Assembly: GCA_038321985.1 (NCBI GenBank)
Contig: JBBQFN010000033.1
Coordinates: 1 to 60,175 of the forward strand
Direction: 5' to 3'
Length of the DNA: 60,175 bases
Origin: Cyanophyceae cyanobacterium
GTDB lineage: Bacteria > Cyanobacteriota > Cyanobacteriia > Cyanobacteriales > Laspinemataceae
Each line of letters begins with the position of its first letter. Position 1 is the first letter of the stretch. Of the stretch, positions 50,185 to 60,175 are shown piece by piece. The notes beneath the pieces are model-generated. The model saw nothing but the letters and a program-made list of their open reading frames with translations, was not told the origin of the DNA and did no database searches. The position numbers and the translations under genes were made by a program.

Positions 50185-50862
50185 ATGGAAACCAATACTC
50201 ATCTACAGCAAGAGGACAATTTAGGGGAGGGAGAGATGGGAGGCGATCGCGCCGAATCCTCTCTCAGCGAAAGTCAGTATCAACAGAAGATGCAGCGGCG
50301 CAAGGAGGTGCAAGAAAAGCGTCTGGCGCTGGCGTCTGTGGAGAAGGGTTTAATTGTGGTCAATACCGGGAATGGCAAGGGAAAAACCACTGCTGCCTTA
50401 GGGATGGTATTGCGATCGCTTGGTCATGGATTCCGCGTGGCGATCGTTCAGTTTATCAAGGGCGCTTGGGAACCCGCAGAAAAGGAAATTTTAAGCCACT
50501 TTAGCAGTCACCTCGAATTCCATGCCATGGGTGAAGGATTCACCTGGGAAACTCAGGACCGCGATCGCGATATCGAGAAAGCCCGTCAAGCATGGGATAA
50601 AGCATTAACTTATATTACTAACCCTGACTATAAACTGGTGTTGCTGGACGAAATTAATGTAGCGCTAAAGCTGGGTTATCTGCCCGTGGAGGAGGTCCTC
50701 GCGGGTTTGGAGCAGAAGCCCGAGGATTCTCATGTGATCCTCACCGGCAGAGGCGCACCGGCACCCCTAATCGAACGCGCCGACTTAGTAACAGAAATGA
50801 CCCTGATCAAGCATCCTTTCCGGGAACAGGGGGTGAAAGCCCAGCCCGGAATTGAATATTAA
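50185..50862 (+). CDS. cobO: Cob(I)yrinic acid a,c-diamide adenosyltransferase
   Basis: TGNGKGKTTAALG, VQFIKG, GEGFTWETQ, LLDEIN, LTGRGA. Confidence 0.95.
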   Translation: METNTHLQQEDNLGEGEMGGDRAESSLSESQYQQKMQRRKEVQEKRLALASVEKGLIVVNTGNGKGKTTAALGMVLRSLGHGFRVAIVQFIKGAWEPAEKEILSHFSSHLEFHAMGEGFTWETQDRDRDIEKARQAWDKALTYITNPDYKLVLLDEINVALKLGYLPVEEVLAGLEQKPEDSHVILTGRGAPAPLIERADLVTEMTLIKHPFREQGVKAQPGIEY

Positions 50863-51000
50863 GCAAAGAATCAAGTTGGGAAGGCTGAAAGCTGATGTTC
50901 CTCTTGTCAGTGAAACACGGAGGTTTTAGGACAATCATGGGGTAGGGGGAGAGTGCTGTCTTTACACCCTCTCTTATCCCCGGTGCCTCCCTTCATGGTG

Positions 51001-51624
51001 TTACTTTTCCCAAACTTGTTCTTGATAATTTTCTTTACAGACGTTTAAGATCCGTTGATCATTTTCGCTCACCGTGGCGATCGACTCTAATCCTTCTAAC
51101 CGCAGGACATCTCGGGTTGGATTCTGCGAAGAAGCGATCGGATATTCGTCAATTCCCACTGCGTAAGAATACTCATTATTGTCGTAAGTATCAACAATTG
51201 TTAGGGCTAATTGTTGCGGTTCCACGGTGCCATATAAGCAATCAAATGAGGAACTCGGCATATAAAATGCCCCGATGAGTTGGCTGGAGCGCACCTCGAA
51301 AACAAGATAGGCTTGTCCAAGTTGCTCCGGTTGCGCAGTTTGACCATACAGATATACGCCATCGGGTAAGTTCTGGGTAGTCGTCACCGCCGCAGCCTCT
51401 GCAACCCAAGCGGCTGAAGGACCAGATAGGGAGGTGATCCCGGTGGGGTTGGCAACAGCGGGTAGATTACCTCCGCCCAATAAGGAATAAGCGGCGGTAA
51501 TTAAAGTACAAACGCTACCGGCAGCCCAGATATTCAAAGCCGACTGGCATTTTGACCCTAGGGATTGGGTCAATGGGTTGTGCTGAGTTTCTGAAATGGT
51601 GGAAGAAAAAATTTTATTAAGCAC
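51001..51624 (-). CDS. Hypothetical protein, probably exported
   Basis: Hydrophobic segment, then LPDGVYLYGQ...YLVFEV...GAFYMPSSSFDC. Confidence 0.75.
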   Translation of the reverse strand: MLNKIFSSTISETQHNPLTQSLGSKCQSALNIWAAGSVCTLITAAYSLLGGGNLPAVANPTGITSLSGPSAAWVAEAAAVTTTQNLPDGVYLYGQTAQPEQLGQAYLVFEVRSSQLIGAFYMPSSSFDCLYGTVEPQQLALTIVDTYDNNEYSYAVGIDEYPIASSQNPTRDVLRLEGLESIATVSENDQRILNVCKENYQEQVWEK

Positions 51625-52257
51625 CCTACGGTTCCCCCTAATACTGAAATGTTAAAAAAACAACGGTGATTTTTTTTGGCAAAAGAATAGATATTTTTCT
51701 ATTGATTAGATCCACGGCTGAATTTCCGGATTACGGAATCGGTTTATAATTGTTTACATTCTTCCGGAATGCCTTGATTTTCATCATAGTAAGAAGGTAG
51801 TCAAGTTACTATCCTCCTCTAGGAAGATGAGTCGTTCTAAAAGCGGTGAAATCGCATCAGACCGAGGCATCCTAAACATTTGAGCGAGTTAAGATTGCCC
51901 AATTACAACAAAAATGCAGAATTTTACCGATCTAAATTCGGCGGTGAATCTTGAGGAGTAAGAAGTAAATTTATATAAATTAGTGTAAAGCGGATCCGGT
52001 AAAGAGTCTAGAAAATCCACCCGGGCGATCGCAAAAATTAACAAATTCGTGAGAGGGGGCGATCGACAAAGGGAGTGTCAGGTTCCGGGTAGGGGTCAGG
52101 GTGATCCGATGAGTCTGCAACTTAGGGTCACGTCAAGTCCTAACCCCGACAAGACACCGGCGATCAGTCCCCGGTTAAGCTGGGGAGGTGGGCCAAAAAG
52201 AACCCCGGGGAGTGAAAACAATTTGGACTCTCACTTGGATGCTCTATCCACAGGCGA

Positions 52258-53994
52258 CTAAAATCCTAAATCTGATTTAGCCGATTCTGCCGCAGTTAAT
52301 AATAAATCGGTCTCCATCCCTTGCCAATCCATATCGCCGACTTCCTGATAGAATTTGGCATCATAAGGACGAGTTTGAATGACGACGGGCATGGGAACCG
52401 CATGACCCAAAACGAGGGCTTGTTGTTTAGAATCTAGCTTGGAGAGAACAGATTTCAGATTTTGTCCCCCGGAGACGCCGGTGAAAATGGCATCAATGTC
52501 TTTTTCATCATTGAGTAAGGCGGTGATGCGGGTACCGATTTGGGACATGACTTCGTTATCAATTCCCGAAGGACGTTGATCGACCACGAGGAGGGTGACA
52601 AAGTATTTCCGCATTTCGCGGGCGATCGTGCCAAAGATGGTTTGGCGAACCGTGGCAGTGTCTAGGAAACGGTGCGCTTCTTCGATGGTAATTACCAATT
52701 GCCTAGGGCGATCGCTGGGTTTTTTAGTCTGTAAAAATATCTCGGATTTTTCCACATAAGCCCGATGAATCCGCCGAGTCAGGACGTTGGTCACCAACAT
52801 ATAAGACAGCATATTGGATTGTGACCCAAACTCAATCACTAAATGTTTACCCGCATTTAGTTTGTCCAAAATCTGCTTAACGTAATTTTGAGGGCAGGTA
52901 TTCCGGATATATTTGAGTTCATCCAACAGTCCGAGTTTCCTCTGTAATGCCATGATCGAGGCTTTGTTGCCGCGCTTTTCATCACAAAACATTTGGATGT
53001 CTTCATTACTCATGGCTAAGAGTTGGGTAATCCAAGTCGTGCCAAATTCATTGCGGAGAATAATCGCATTTTCGATACTGGCTTCGGAGAGATTTAACTC
53101 CCGTGAGACTAACCGGATATCTTCGACTTCGATTTGATCATAGGCAAGATACAATTCTTGAGCATCGCGCACTCCTCGTCTGCGGGTGGATTCTGGGTCG
53201 AGGGTGTAGACTTCGACTTCGTTGGGGAAGAGTTGCCGTAAGCCTTTGACGGTACTAAATTGTTTACCTTCGGTGGCGGCTTCCCAGCCATATTCCGAGT
53301 GCATATCAAAAATTAGATTAACCGCAGCTTGTTTACGGATGATGCCGGAGAGGAGGAGGCGAGTCAGGAAGGATTTGCCGGTGCCAGATTTCCCAAAAAC
53401 GCCGTTGCTACGTTCGACAAAGCGATCGAGGTCGATGCAAACGGGAACTTCCATATCCAGGGGTTGACCGATCGCAAAGTTGCGGCGATGGGGGTCGTCT
53501 TCCCAGCCAAAAACAAGACGAAAATCCCTCTCACTGGCGTCGTGAACTTGGGAGAAATGGCTGGGAATGGTTTTAACTGGCCTTAACTGCATTTCTCCCG
53601 TGGTATTGGCTTGGTAAGAGGCCAATCCATTGGTTTTCTGCCCGTTATTGGCGGAGGTTTTGAGGAGAGAATCGGGACTCCATCCCCCTTCATCCGTATC
53701 TGAGGTGAGCATTAACATGGGGGAAAGTTCAATTTTCCCGTAGGTGCTGCTGCCAGCAAGCACGTCCTGCATGAAGGTATCTTCCGGGTGGGGAGGATTC
53801 ATGGAAATCCGTTCGTTGGTGGTTCCTAAACAGACATCGGTTAATAAACAAAAGAAATGAGATCGCACTCCTCGGACGACTAAAAATTTTCCAACTCGCA
53901 TCTCTTCGACAGAGACATCGGGATGTAATTTTACTTCTAATCCTTTACTCAGAGAACCTTGGATCACAGAACCTAATGGGCGATCGGAATTCAT
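52258..53994 (-). CDS. HerA/FtsK-superfamily ATPase (DUF87)
   Basis: N-terminal barrel-like region, Walker A GKSGTGKS, FDMHSEY, Walker B ITIEEAH, REMRK, DQRPS. Confidence 0.9.
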   Translation of the reverse strand: MNSDRPLGSVIQGSLSKGLEVKLHPDVSVEEMRVGKFLVVRGVRSHFFCLLTDVCLGTTNERISMNPPHPEDTFMQDVLAGSSTYGKIELSPMLMLTSDTDEGGWSPDSLLKTSANNGQKTNGLASYQANTTGEMQLRPVKTIPSHFSQVHDASERDFRLVFGWEDDPHRRNFAIGQPLDMEVPVCIDLDRFVERSNGVFGKSGTGKSFLTRLLLSGIIRKQAAVNLIFDMHSEYGWEAATEGKQFSTVKGLRQLFPNEVEVYTLDPESTRRRGVRDAQELYLAYDQIEVEDIRLVSRELNLSEASIENAIILRNEFGTTWITQLLAMSNEDIQMFCDEKRGNKASIMALQRKLGLLDELKYIRNTCPQNYVKQILDKLNAGKHLVIEFGSQSNMLSYMLVTNVLTRRIHRAYVEKSEIFLQTKKPSDRPRQLVITIEEAHRFLDTATVRQTIFGTIAREMRKYFVTLLVVDQRPSGIDNEVMSQIGTRITALLNDEKDIDAIFTGVSGGQNLKSVLSKLDSKQQALVLGHAVPMPVVIQTRPYDAKFYQEVGDMDWQGMETDLLLTAAESAKSDLGF

Positions 53995-54276
53995 AGGGCA
54001 GTTTTTATAAAGGGAAAGGAGAAGGGAATGCGGCTATTTCGGTCCCTTGATGAAAAATTCTACACGATTTGGTCACGCCCAGGTTAGTTTAATGCAAATC
54101 ATGAAAGAAAAATAGGAGTTGGAGGGTGCCTGAGATCATAAAGTTATTGCTTTAATCTATTATTGATCAGTTTGACTACCTTCGGGATTTTAGCTGCACT
54201 CCGGCGCAACTCACGCCCATTAGATTGCTCTTCCGTTGTGATCAATCCCCGATATTCTGCGTTAGTTGGGGCTAAT

Positions 54277-54316
54277 AAAAAAAAGTATGTATGCTCTTAA
54301 AAGGCATACATACTTT
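54277..54316 (-). terminator. Intrinsic terminator of gst
   Basis: AAAGTATGTATGC-9 nt-GCATACATACTTT with an upstream A-run. Confidence 0.75.
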
Positions 54317-54333
54317 CTAGAGTGGGTTGGTGC

Positions 54334-55137
54334 TTATTCTATTTCAATGGAGGTCGGTTTTTGACCCGTGCCGATCGCCGTAGGGGCGGTATAGGGTAAG
54401 GGTGTACGGAATTCGGCGTAGAGGCGATCGCGCCAGGTGAAAAAGGGTTCATAGAGGGGATTATCCGCAATCCCCATCACGCCTTTGCCACGCAGTTTCT
54501 CGGGAATATCCAGATAGGGTCCTGCGGGGAATTTGAGCAAGATGGATAATCCAGCAACGGCTAAATCTGCCAAAGTCGGAGAATTCCCAGTTAAATAGGG
54601 TCGATCTTGTAAAATCAGGCAGAGGGCTTCCAAATCTTGTTTAATGGCGTCTTCGGCTGATTTTACGGCGTCAGAGGAGGCACCCAGACCTGAACCTAGG
54701 GTCTTGAAGAGGTCGGATGGCACAGCTTCAATGAGATTTTTGAGAAAATCTGGGGTACTCGACGGCAGCAGTGCACTGCGGAAACTTTGGTCTTGGCTGA
54801 TTCCCCGAAAAAGGACGACTCGGCTTTTAGTGCCAATGGATTCGTCCGCCCATTCTTCCATCATCAGGCACAATCCTCGTTGGTGGGGATCGGTGGGAAT
54901 GAGGGGGCGATCGGGATACTTTTCGTCTAAATATTTGGCGATTTTGGTGGAATCGGCAATTACGGTACTCCCATCTTTGAGTACAGGAACTTTGGATTGA
55001 CCCGAAAGTTGGTAAACTTCGATCTGTCCGACCCCTGGGGTGACTTCGACTTTGCGATACTCTAATCCTTTGTAATCTAGGATGAGCCTGACTTTTTCGC
55101 TGTATTGGGACAGTTCAAATTGATATAACTCTAGCAT
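54334..55137 (-). CDS. Glutathione S-transferase family protein
   Basis: LYQFELSQYSEKVR, KVPVL, DSTKIA, PTLADLA. Confidence 0.92.
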   Translation of the reverse strand: MLELYQFELSQYSEKVRLILDYKGLEYRKVEVTPGVGQIEVYQLSGQSKVPVLKDGSTVIADSTKIAKYLDEKYPDRPLIPTDPHQRGLCLMMEEWADESIGTKSRVVLFRGISQDQSFRSALLPSSTPDFLKNLIEAVPSDLFKTLGSGLGASSDAVKSAEDAIKQDLEALCLILQDRPYLTGNSPTLADLAVAGLSILLKFPAGPYLDIPEKLRGKGVMGIADNPLYEPFFTWRDRLYAEFRTPLPYTAPTAIGTGQKPTSIEIE

Positions 55138-55437
55138 GAGACGGTCCTCTGGCTGTTTTGTTGTCTCTCTAAAGTGTATTAAAAATTTTACAATTCTTCA
55201 TGAAGTTTTTCGATTGAGGGCTACAAGAGGAGATGCGATGGCGATCGCACCGTAACAATTAAGGTGAGGTGGAAAAACTCTCTCTTTAGATAGATGACAG
55301 GGACAGACCGCCGTTTTGGATTGAAATATAGCGGTTTCCGGACTCATAAGGTACAAATAAATAGTTAGTGGATGCGATCGCCCTCCTCAGCAATTCCTTA
55401 CAACCGGGGAGAATGATCCCTGAAAGGTGAAAAAATA

Positions 55438-56673
55438 TTATACTTTATCCTGACGAGGGGGCGTAATCCGCCAGCGATCGAGGAGTTCGTCGAGGGTTCG
55501 TAAGGTGGCAAAATCGCGACTGATCAAAGAGGCACTTTCCCCGGTAAACGCTTCGTTACGGTCATCAGACTGCTTTTCTAGAAAATTAAATGCCTGCCGA
55601 AACTCTTGGGGACCGACCAGTAGGGGAGAGTCTAAATGACAGGGAACAATCCGTTCAAACTGCCAACGGGCAACGGTATCAGCCCAAGTGAGAGTTTGCC
55701 GAGGTGCGCGGCTGAGAATCAAAGTTTGGAGAATAGGTGCGACAAAAAGTCGTCCATCCGCCCGTAGAAGGTCAAACGATTGTTGCCAGTCGGGTTGCCA
55801 GTCAAAGGGAAATAAGCCAAAATAGGCTTTTTTGGAGCGATCGCTAACTTGTCGCGCCGCCTGAAACACTTGTTTTAATTTTAGGGTATTCAATGTGCTA
55901 GGCTGGAAGTAGAATGCAAACAGACAAATCCGCTGCCATCCTTTGCGACGATTGGCAGGAGTATCTTTACAGATATCGGAAGCATTATCCCGGGCGTGAA
56001 AGAGTAGGGGATAAGGGTCAAGTTCCACGATCGCCGGGGGGTTTTGCGGTATCGAAAGCACTGAATCGGTTACCAACAGCGATCGCGAGGGTCTGTGGAA
56101 AAAAGCGACTTCCCCAAATCTCCCTAATCCCAAATCAATCGGACCCAGAATCTCGTAATCAAACTCATCCGCAAACGGTACTTTGCTGCTATCTTGGGGT
56201 AACACCTGAGTGCGTCGCCCCGGCAACCCCAACCAACTCAACGGCAAATTTAAGGGGAAACTCCACTGAGAAGGGGCGACAAACACCTGCGCTAGGGGAA
56301 AACGGCGGGCAAATGGACCGACAAATACCTTATGTTCGAGTCCAGAAACGGTGGGGAGGATAATATATTGAACCGCGCCATATTTGGACTCTAATGCCTG
56401 AACCTGCCTCACACATTCCGGAGTTGGGGCGATCGGTGCATATACCAGCAACCCCCCGCGTTCCAACTTGACCACTGTCATGCGAATTGGAACCACGACA
56501 TAGAAAATGCCCTGAATTTGCTCAAAAGTCCAGAGGGTATCTTTGATAACTTCCTGGCACAGGGTCCGCCTTTTGCCATAGGGGTAAAGTGGCATGGCAA
56601 ACCAAAACGGCCATGAGAGGTCCCCTCTATGGATGCTTGAAGTAAGGGGTTCTGAATCGGTTGCGCTTTCCAA
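55438..56673 (-). CDS. DUF4336 family protein (metallo-beta-lactamase-like fold)
   Basis: RMTVVKL, YAPIAPT, GLEHK, EVAFFH, LVTD, PCH. Confidence 0.85.
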   Translation of the reverse strand: MESATDSEPLTSSIHRGDLSWPFWFAMPLYPYGKRRTLCQEVIKDTLWTFEQIQGIFYVVVPIRMTVVKLERGGLLVYAPIAPTPECVRQVQALESKYGAVQYIILPTVSGLEHKVFVGPFARRFPLAQVFVAPSQWSFPLNLPLSWLGLPGRRTQVLPQDSSKVPFADEFDYEILGPIDLGLGRFGEVAFFHRPSRSLLVTDSVLSIPQNPPAIVELDPYPLLFHARDNASDICKDTPANRRKGWQRICLFAFYFQPSTLNTLKLKQVFQAARQVSDRSKKAYFGLFPFDWQPDWQQSFDLLRADGRLFVAPILQTLILSRAPRQTLTWADTVARWQFERIVPCHLDSPLLVGPQEFRQAFNFLEKQSDDRNEAFTGESASLISRDFATLRTLDELLDRWRITPPRQDKV

Positions 56674-57190
56674 TGTTTTCAGTGTTGTTATCCCTAGAGT
56701 TTGAGTGTACCAGATTATCGCGGCGATCGCCTCGGCTAAGTCTGCCTAACCCTCTGCGAAACTCTCTTCTCCAAGGGATGACCTACAACAACTCCTGATC
56801 CCTGCTATGGATCTCATGAGTCGAGGAACCGTTAGATAGCAATTTTAACTTGAATATCGCCTTTTCTATGGGGATGATCTTTCCCTTCAAAAAGTCTAAC
56901 CCAACCTGCGCTGTTTTTTTTCAAATCATGGCGATCGCTCCCTTTTTTTTGGGTACACTACGACAATAGAAAGATAAAATCTCCAATTTGGATGTTGTAG
57001 CTCAAGACCCCCTTCTCCTACCCGTCCCTGGGAAACCCGAAGGTTATCTTCTGGTGACCTAAACATCGAAAGGGTGAAATACAAGCTACTCAATTGGATT
57101 AAAATGCAATTTTTTATACGGCTTTTTTATGGGAAACGCTGAAGATAAAAGGAGAACTTTCATAACCTCCTACTCTCCTACTTTTTTACT

Positions 57191-57946
57191 ATGAGTAAAC
57201 TTCGACAAGCACCTCTGATTGGAATTAGCACCTATGGCAGAAACGGTGTCGCCGCTTTTTCTTTAGCCGCAACTTACGTGGATGCCGTACGCGCTGCGGG
57301 TGGAATGCCCGTGATGCTGCCACCGGGAGAACCGAACCCGGGTGAAGTTTTAGAACGAATAGATGGGTTGATTTTGTCGGGAGGGGGGGATATTGATCCG
57401 AATGCTTATCAGGGTTCGGATCATGCCAGTATCTATAATGTGGACACAGAACGGGATGAATTTGAACTCACATTAGCTCGGTTGTGCCTCGAAAAAGATG
57501 TCCCGTTTTTGGGGATTTGTCGGGGTATGGAAATTGCGATCGTTGCCTGTGGGGGAACTTTGGTGTCCCATGTTCCTGATGAGTATGGGTTAAAGGTTCA
57601 ACATCGGTTAGTCCCGGCACCGGGACATCTTTATCCAGCACAGCACCCGGTGAGAATTGTGCCAACCAGTCGGTTGGGTGGAATTGTGGGCAAAACCGAG
57701 ATAGGGGTGGTTTCCTGGCATCATCAAGCGGTCAGAAATTTAGCCCCGGGTTGGCGTGTGGTAGCTGAGTCGGTGGAGGATCAGGTGATTGAGGCAGTGG
57801 AACATCAACACTGTTCTTTTGCTATTGGGGTGCAGTGGCATCCAGAATTGTCCCCGGAGGATGTATCTCACCAGCGGATTTTTCAGGCGTTAGTGAAAGC
57901 AGCCGGGACTCGGAAGGTGGTGCCAATTCAGGAGGCGATCGCCTAA
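57191..57946 (+). CDS. Gamma-glutamyl-gamma-aminobutyrate hydrolase family (peptidase C26, PuuD-like)
   Basis: LSGGGDIDP, RDEFE, GICRG, SWHHQAV, GVQWHPE. Confidence 0.9.
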   Translation: MSKLRQAPLIGISTYGRNGVAAFSLAATYVDAVRAAGGMPVMLPPGEPNPGEVLERIDGLILSGGGDIDPNAYQGSDHASIYNVDTERDEFELTLARLCLEKDVPFLGICRGMEIAIVACGGTLVSHVPDEYGLKVQHRLVPAPGHLYPAQHPVRIVPTSRLGGIVGKTEIGVVSWHHQAVRNLAPGWRVVAESVEDQVIEAVEHQHCSFAIGVQWHPELSPEDVSHQRIFQALVKAAGTRKVVPIQEAIA

Positions 57947-57979
57947 GATTGTGGTTGAGGTAATACCCACAATCTTAGG
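57942..57979. terminator. Hairpin starting at the stop codon
   Basis: CCTAAGATTGTGG...CCACAATCTTAGG, 13-bp stem. Confidence 0.6.
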
Positions 57980-58115
57980 GTAAATTTGGAGGGAAAGCCT
58001 CATTTTATTTCATTAACTGAGGCTATTCCGAACGGGAGCAAACTCGCCCAAGTAGATTCTTAGAAAACTCTATTTTCTCCAGTCAGGTTACAGATTTTGA
58101 TCCGTAAAGTCTGCA

Positions 58116-59522
58116 CTACTGCATTTCTTCGAGTTCTCGACCCTTTGTCTCCTTAATTAAAAATAGGACAAAGAACAGGGAGATTGCCGCAGCCGTTGTA
58201 TATAAGCCGTAAGCAAACCCCAATCCGATATCTTTAAGGACTGGAAAGGTCGTAGAGACCCCAAAGTTAGCAATCCACTGCGCGGTAGCGGCGACGGAGA
58301 GAGCGGATCCTCGAATCCGATTGTTGAACATTTCTCCGAGTAAAACCCAGGTGACGGGACCCCAAGAGAAGCCGAAGCAAAAGACGTAGAGGTTAGCCGC
58401 TAAAAGGGCGATGGTTCCGGCACTGTCTGATAAAGCTGGGTTACCGGCTGCATCCAGGGGCGCATTCCCAAAGACGGTGGCTAAGGTTCCGAGGGTGAGC
58501 ATCATGCCAATGGAACCGAGAATGAGCAGAGGTTTACGGCCAAATTTATCGACAAAGGCGATCGCCACTAAAGTAGTCACGATGTTGGTAACACTGGTAA
58601 TCACCGTAATCCACAGGGAATCAGCCTCCGAAAAGCCCACTGCCTGCCATAAGACACTGCTATAGTAGAAAATTACGTTAATTCCTACCAACTGTTGTAG
58701 AATCGAGACCCCGATTCCGATCCAGACAATGGGGAGTAATCCACTCCTGCCGACTAAATCCGACAGGCGAGGTTTATGGTCCTGAAATACTGTTTCTCGG
58801 ATCTCACGGATTTTCGCGGCGACATCTCCTCCGATCGCCATTGCCAAAATGGGGGCTGCTTCTACTTCTCGACCTTGAGCGACTAAATATCGGGGAGATT
58901 CAGGGATACGGAGTGCACCCATCCCATAAATCACAGCCGGTGGGATTTCCGTCCAAAACATCCAACGCCAAGCCGGTACTCCAAACCACAAAGGGGCGAG
59001 GGCAGAACCTGCTCCTACGGCAATAAAATAGTCCGATAACAACGCTACAAAAATACCAGTTACGATCGCCAGTTGCTGGAGAGAACCTAGCCTTCCTCGC
59101 AAATGTGCCGGTGAAACTTCGGCAATATAAGCCGGAGCAATTACACTCGCCGCACCTACGGCTACTCCTCCCACCAACCGCCACATCATAAAATCTGTGA
59201 TTGAGAAAGCTATCCCGGACCCGATGGCACTAATTAAAAACAAACCTGCCGCCACTACCATTGTTTTGATTCGACCGTAGCGATCGGCAATTTGTCCTGC
59301 GAAAAAAGCCCCAACTGCCGACCCCAGCAAGGCCGAAGAAACAGCCAATCCCACTTGGACGCTAGTCGCTTGAAATGAGATTCCTAATGCCCCAACTGCA
59401 CCATTAATGACTGCTGTATCAAACCCAAATAAAAATCCTCCCAGGGCTGCCACGGTTGCCAACATCAAAACATAGGAGATGCTGGCTTCATGAATAATCG
59501 GTTGTTCATTTTCAGTTTTCAT
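58116..59522 (-). CDS. glcP: MFS sugar porter (glucose transporter GlcP-like)
   Basis: GFLFGFDTAVING, ADRYGR, PESPRYL, QQLVGINVIFYY, VDKFGRKPL, ETKGRELE. Confidence 0.88.
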   Translation of the reverse strand: MKTENEQPIIHEASISYVLMLATVAALGGFLFGFDTAVINGAVGALGISFQATSVQVGLAVSSALLGSAVGAFFAGQIADRYGRIKTMVVAAGLFLISAIGSGIAFSITDFMMWRLVGGVAVGAASVIAPAYIAEVSPAHLRGRLGSLQQLAIVTGIFVALLSDYFIAVGAGSALAPLWFGVPAWRWMFWTEIPPAVIYGMGALRIPESPRYLVAQGREVEAAPILAMAIGGDVAAKIREIRETVFQDHKPRLSDLVGRSGLLPIVWIGIGVSILQQLVGINVIFYYSSVLWQAVGFSEADSLWITVITSVTNIVTTLVAIAFVDKFGRKPLLILGSIGMMLTLGTLATVFGNAPLDAAGNPALSDSAGTIALLAANLYVFCFGFSWGPVTWVLLGEMFNNRIRGSALSVAATAQWIANFGVSTTFPVLKDIGLGFAYGLYTTAAAISLFFVLFLIKETKGRELEEMQ

Positions 59523-60175
59523 TTTTTGACTTCTCCCTGAATGTTAAAGGTTGAATTGTCATGATTTTGATTTGTAAAAAAAGAAGAGAGTGAGAGAAAA
59601 ATTCAGTTAAAATTGCGAATTATCGCTTTTTTAAAGGTTACTATCTCGCCAAACGTCCACAGGCGATCGCAATCTCTATCGTCCCGGAGGCAAAGCATAA
59701 CAACTCGATAGAGGGGTGGCTTTTCGTCTCTAATCCGTCTTTAATGGGAGACTAGGTATAAATCACTGGAGTGGAACGATACCTATTAATCTCTCGCTTA
59801 TAAGAGTATTGTTCCATTTTAAATGAGTTAGTCACATCAATCTTTAGGATGAAAGCCTTGTTGCCACATCTCTGGCCTTTTTGACTTCAATTAGCTTATC
59901 GGTCTACTTATCCTTATTCTCCTCTCCCTGGGGATTAGAGAATGAGGCGACCTCTCCCTCCCTCCACCCTATTAACCCTTCCTAAGGCTGCCCAATTTTA
60001 AAAATATTTAATAATTTATGCCCAAAGATATAGACGGCTCTTCAGACTTTTTGGTGATAAGTTTTTCTAATTAGTTTTGTACTCGCTCCCCAGCCCAGGA
60101 ACTGAAAGCCTTACAAGTCAAGGCTTCTAGCTCTAAAAGTGACCAAAACGAGTCTCATAAATCCCCAAAATACTA

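Larger units (their letters stand above)
1..60175. repeat. HIP1 octamer GCGATCGC dispersed across the window
   Basis: Many dozens of copies in coding and intergenic DNA (not counted exactly). Confidence 0.97.

Noticed and set aside
1..60175. Antisense and nested ORFs in the track; tRNA, rRNA, CRISPR array, cas genes, prophage, integrase
   Set aside because: Shadow ORFs are explained by the real genes on other frames; none of the other elements was detected by eye.

Overview
Chromosomal window from a filamentous cyanobacterium. The HIP1 octamer GCGATCGC is dense throughout, and the gene set and short palindromic repeats suggest an Oscillatoriales strain (inference only). It opens with the 3' part and right end of an IS200/IS605 tnpB element. 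Most of the rest is housekeeping: phytol kinase; the NAD operon pncB-nadD-nrtR-nadE with an NrtR-type operator; hemC, glgA, ubiA/plqA, ppx; mlaE-DUF3119-DUF3086-plsY; der-ecfT-pabB-like-pipX-pipY-sepF-proC; a small Rieske protein, nupC, moeA, cobO, a HerA-like ATPase, gst, a PuuD-like hydrolase and glcP. I saw no rRNA, tRNA, CRISPR array, cas genes or prophage. Most interesting items: (1) a Wzz/Wzc-like two-TM protein with an apparently dead HNH domain where the tyrosine kinase would sit, directly behind ppx; (2) a stand-alone histidine-kinase DHp miniprotein with His replaced by Ala; (3) an untracked 48-aa AtpTheta-like gene divergent from the NAD operon; (4) a PatX-like RGSGR precursor with two Cys-bracketed cassettes; (5) a hairpin-dense non-coding region of about 480 nt; (6) a duplicated CRISPR-leader-like block followed by one repeat-like sequence. 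All calls come from motif recognition by eye; no searches were run.
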